Source of the DNA: an archaeon
Lineage (GTDB): Archaea > Nanobdellota > Nanobdellia > Pacearchaeales > UBA284
Assembly (NCBI GenBank): GCA_030641225.1
Contig: DAOWHW010000041.1
Span: 1-14,988 of the forward strand
Length of the DNA: 14,988 bases
Direction: 5' to 3'
Part shown: piece after piece, positions 14,800 to 14,988 of the stretch
Position numbering within the stretch: position 1 is the first letter of the stretch
How the letters are laid out: each line of letters begins with the position of its first letter
Notes under the pieces: model-generated
The model's input: only the letters and a program-made list of their open reading frames with translations
Told to the model about the DNA's origin: nothing
Database searches by the model: none
Translations under genes and position numbers: made by a program

Positions 14800-14988
14800 A
14801 TGCTATTTTTGAAGCTAGCTGAAGTGTTTGAAAAACTTGAAGCCACCACAAAAAGGCTTCAAATGTTTGAGATTCTTAGCAATTTTTTTAAGAATATCTC
14901 TAAAAAAGAAATAGATGAAGTAGTTTATTTTTGTCAAGAAAGATTACTCCCCCCTTTTAAAGGAGTAAAGATAGACATGGCTGAAAAG
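14800..14988 (+). CDS. lig: ATP-dependent DNA ligase, N-terminal 63 codons (3' end outside the window); absent from the supplied ORF track
   Basis: The ATG at 14800 opens a frame that runs to the window edge: MLFLKLAEVFEKLEATTKRLQMFEILSNFFKNISKKEIDEVVYFCQERLLPPFKGVKIDMAEK. The pattern L.L...FEKLE.TT.RL......L..FF......E....VY...... is the conserved start of the archaeal/eukaryotic ligase DNA-binding domain. Confidence 0.7.
   Translation, partial: MLFLKLAEVFEKLEATTKRLQMFEILSNFFKNISKKEIDEVVYFCQERLLPPFKGVKIDMAEK

Noticed and set aside
1-14988. Search for CRISPR arrays, transposases or IS ends, toxin-antitoxin pairs, restriction-modification or other defence operons, and rRNA genes
   Set aside because: I saw no regularly spaced repeats, terminal inverted repeats, nuclease/ATPase defence-type gene clusters or rRNA-like conserved stretches. 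Every long ORF but two (the orphan 196-aa ORF and the TPR-like protein) has a plausible housekeeping or transport assignment.

Overview
AT-rich (about 30% G+C by eye), tightly packed chromosomal segment that is archaeal by gene content. It carries EF-1 alpha, archaeal Toprim DnaG, GatD, form III RuBisCO, FtsZ, an ATP-dependent DNA ligase N-terminus and a tRNA without encoded CCA. The small genes, mixed Shine-Dalgarno and leaderless starts, and the RuBisCO type suggest a small-genome, DPANN-like archaeon; that assignment is inference only. Order of features: asnS (5'-truncated), MBL-fold hydrolase, EamA transporter (-), amino-acid permease (-), PlsY-like/dolichol-kinase-like fusion (-), tRNA-Arg(UCG), ArmA/Rmt (FmrO)-like 16S rRNA methyltransferase (-), form III RuBisCO, EF-1 alpha, DnaG (-), a 320-bp AT-rich spacer with a TGAT array, an orphan 196-aa ORF, gatD (-), a 329-bp spacer with an orphan hairpin, ftsZ, a hairpin plus T8 terminator, a TPR-like protein (-), nitroreductase (-), and a DNA ligase 5' end that the ORF track misses. 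I found no CRISPR array, transposase, integrase, toxin-antitoxin pair or recognisable defence operon. The window is mostly housekeeping, and I cannot honestly point to a complete new multi-gene system. The items most worth a second look are: (1) the single-polypeptide PlsY-like plus CTP-dependent polyprenol-kinase-like membrane protein; (2) an aminoglycoside-resistance-type 16S rRNA methyltransferase homologue abutting a tRNA in an archaeal context; (3) the two unusually long spacers that bracket the orphan ORF and gatD, one with a same-strand TGAT array and one with a 17-bp orphan hairpin; (4) single-residue deviations in otherwise canonical EF-1 alpha (NKxD to NQMD) and RuBisCO (His298-equivalent to Tyr). 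All family assignments come from motif recognition by eye; no searches were run.
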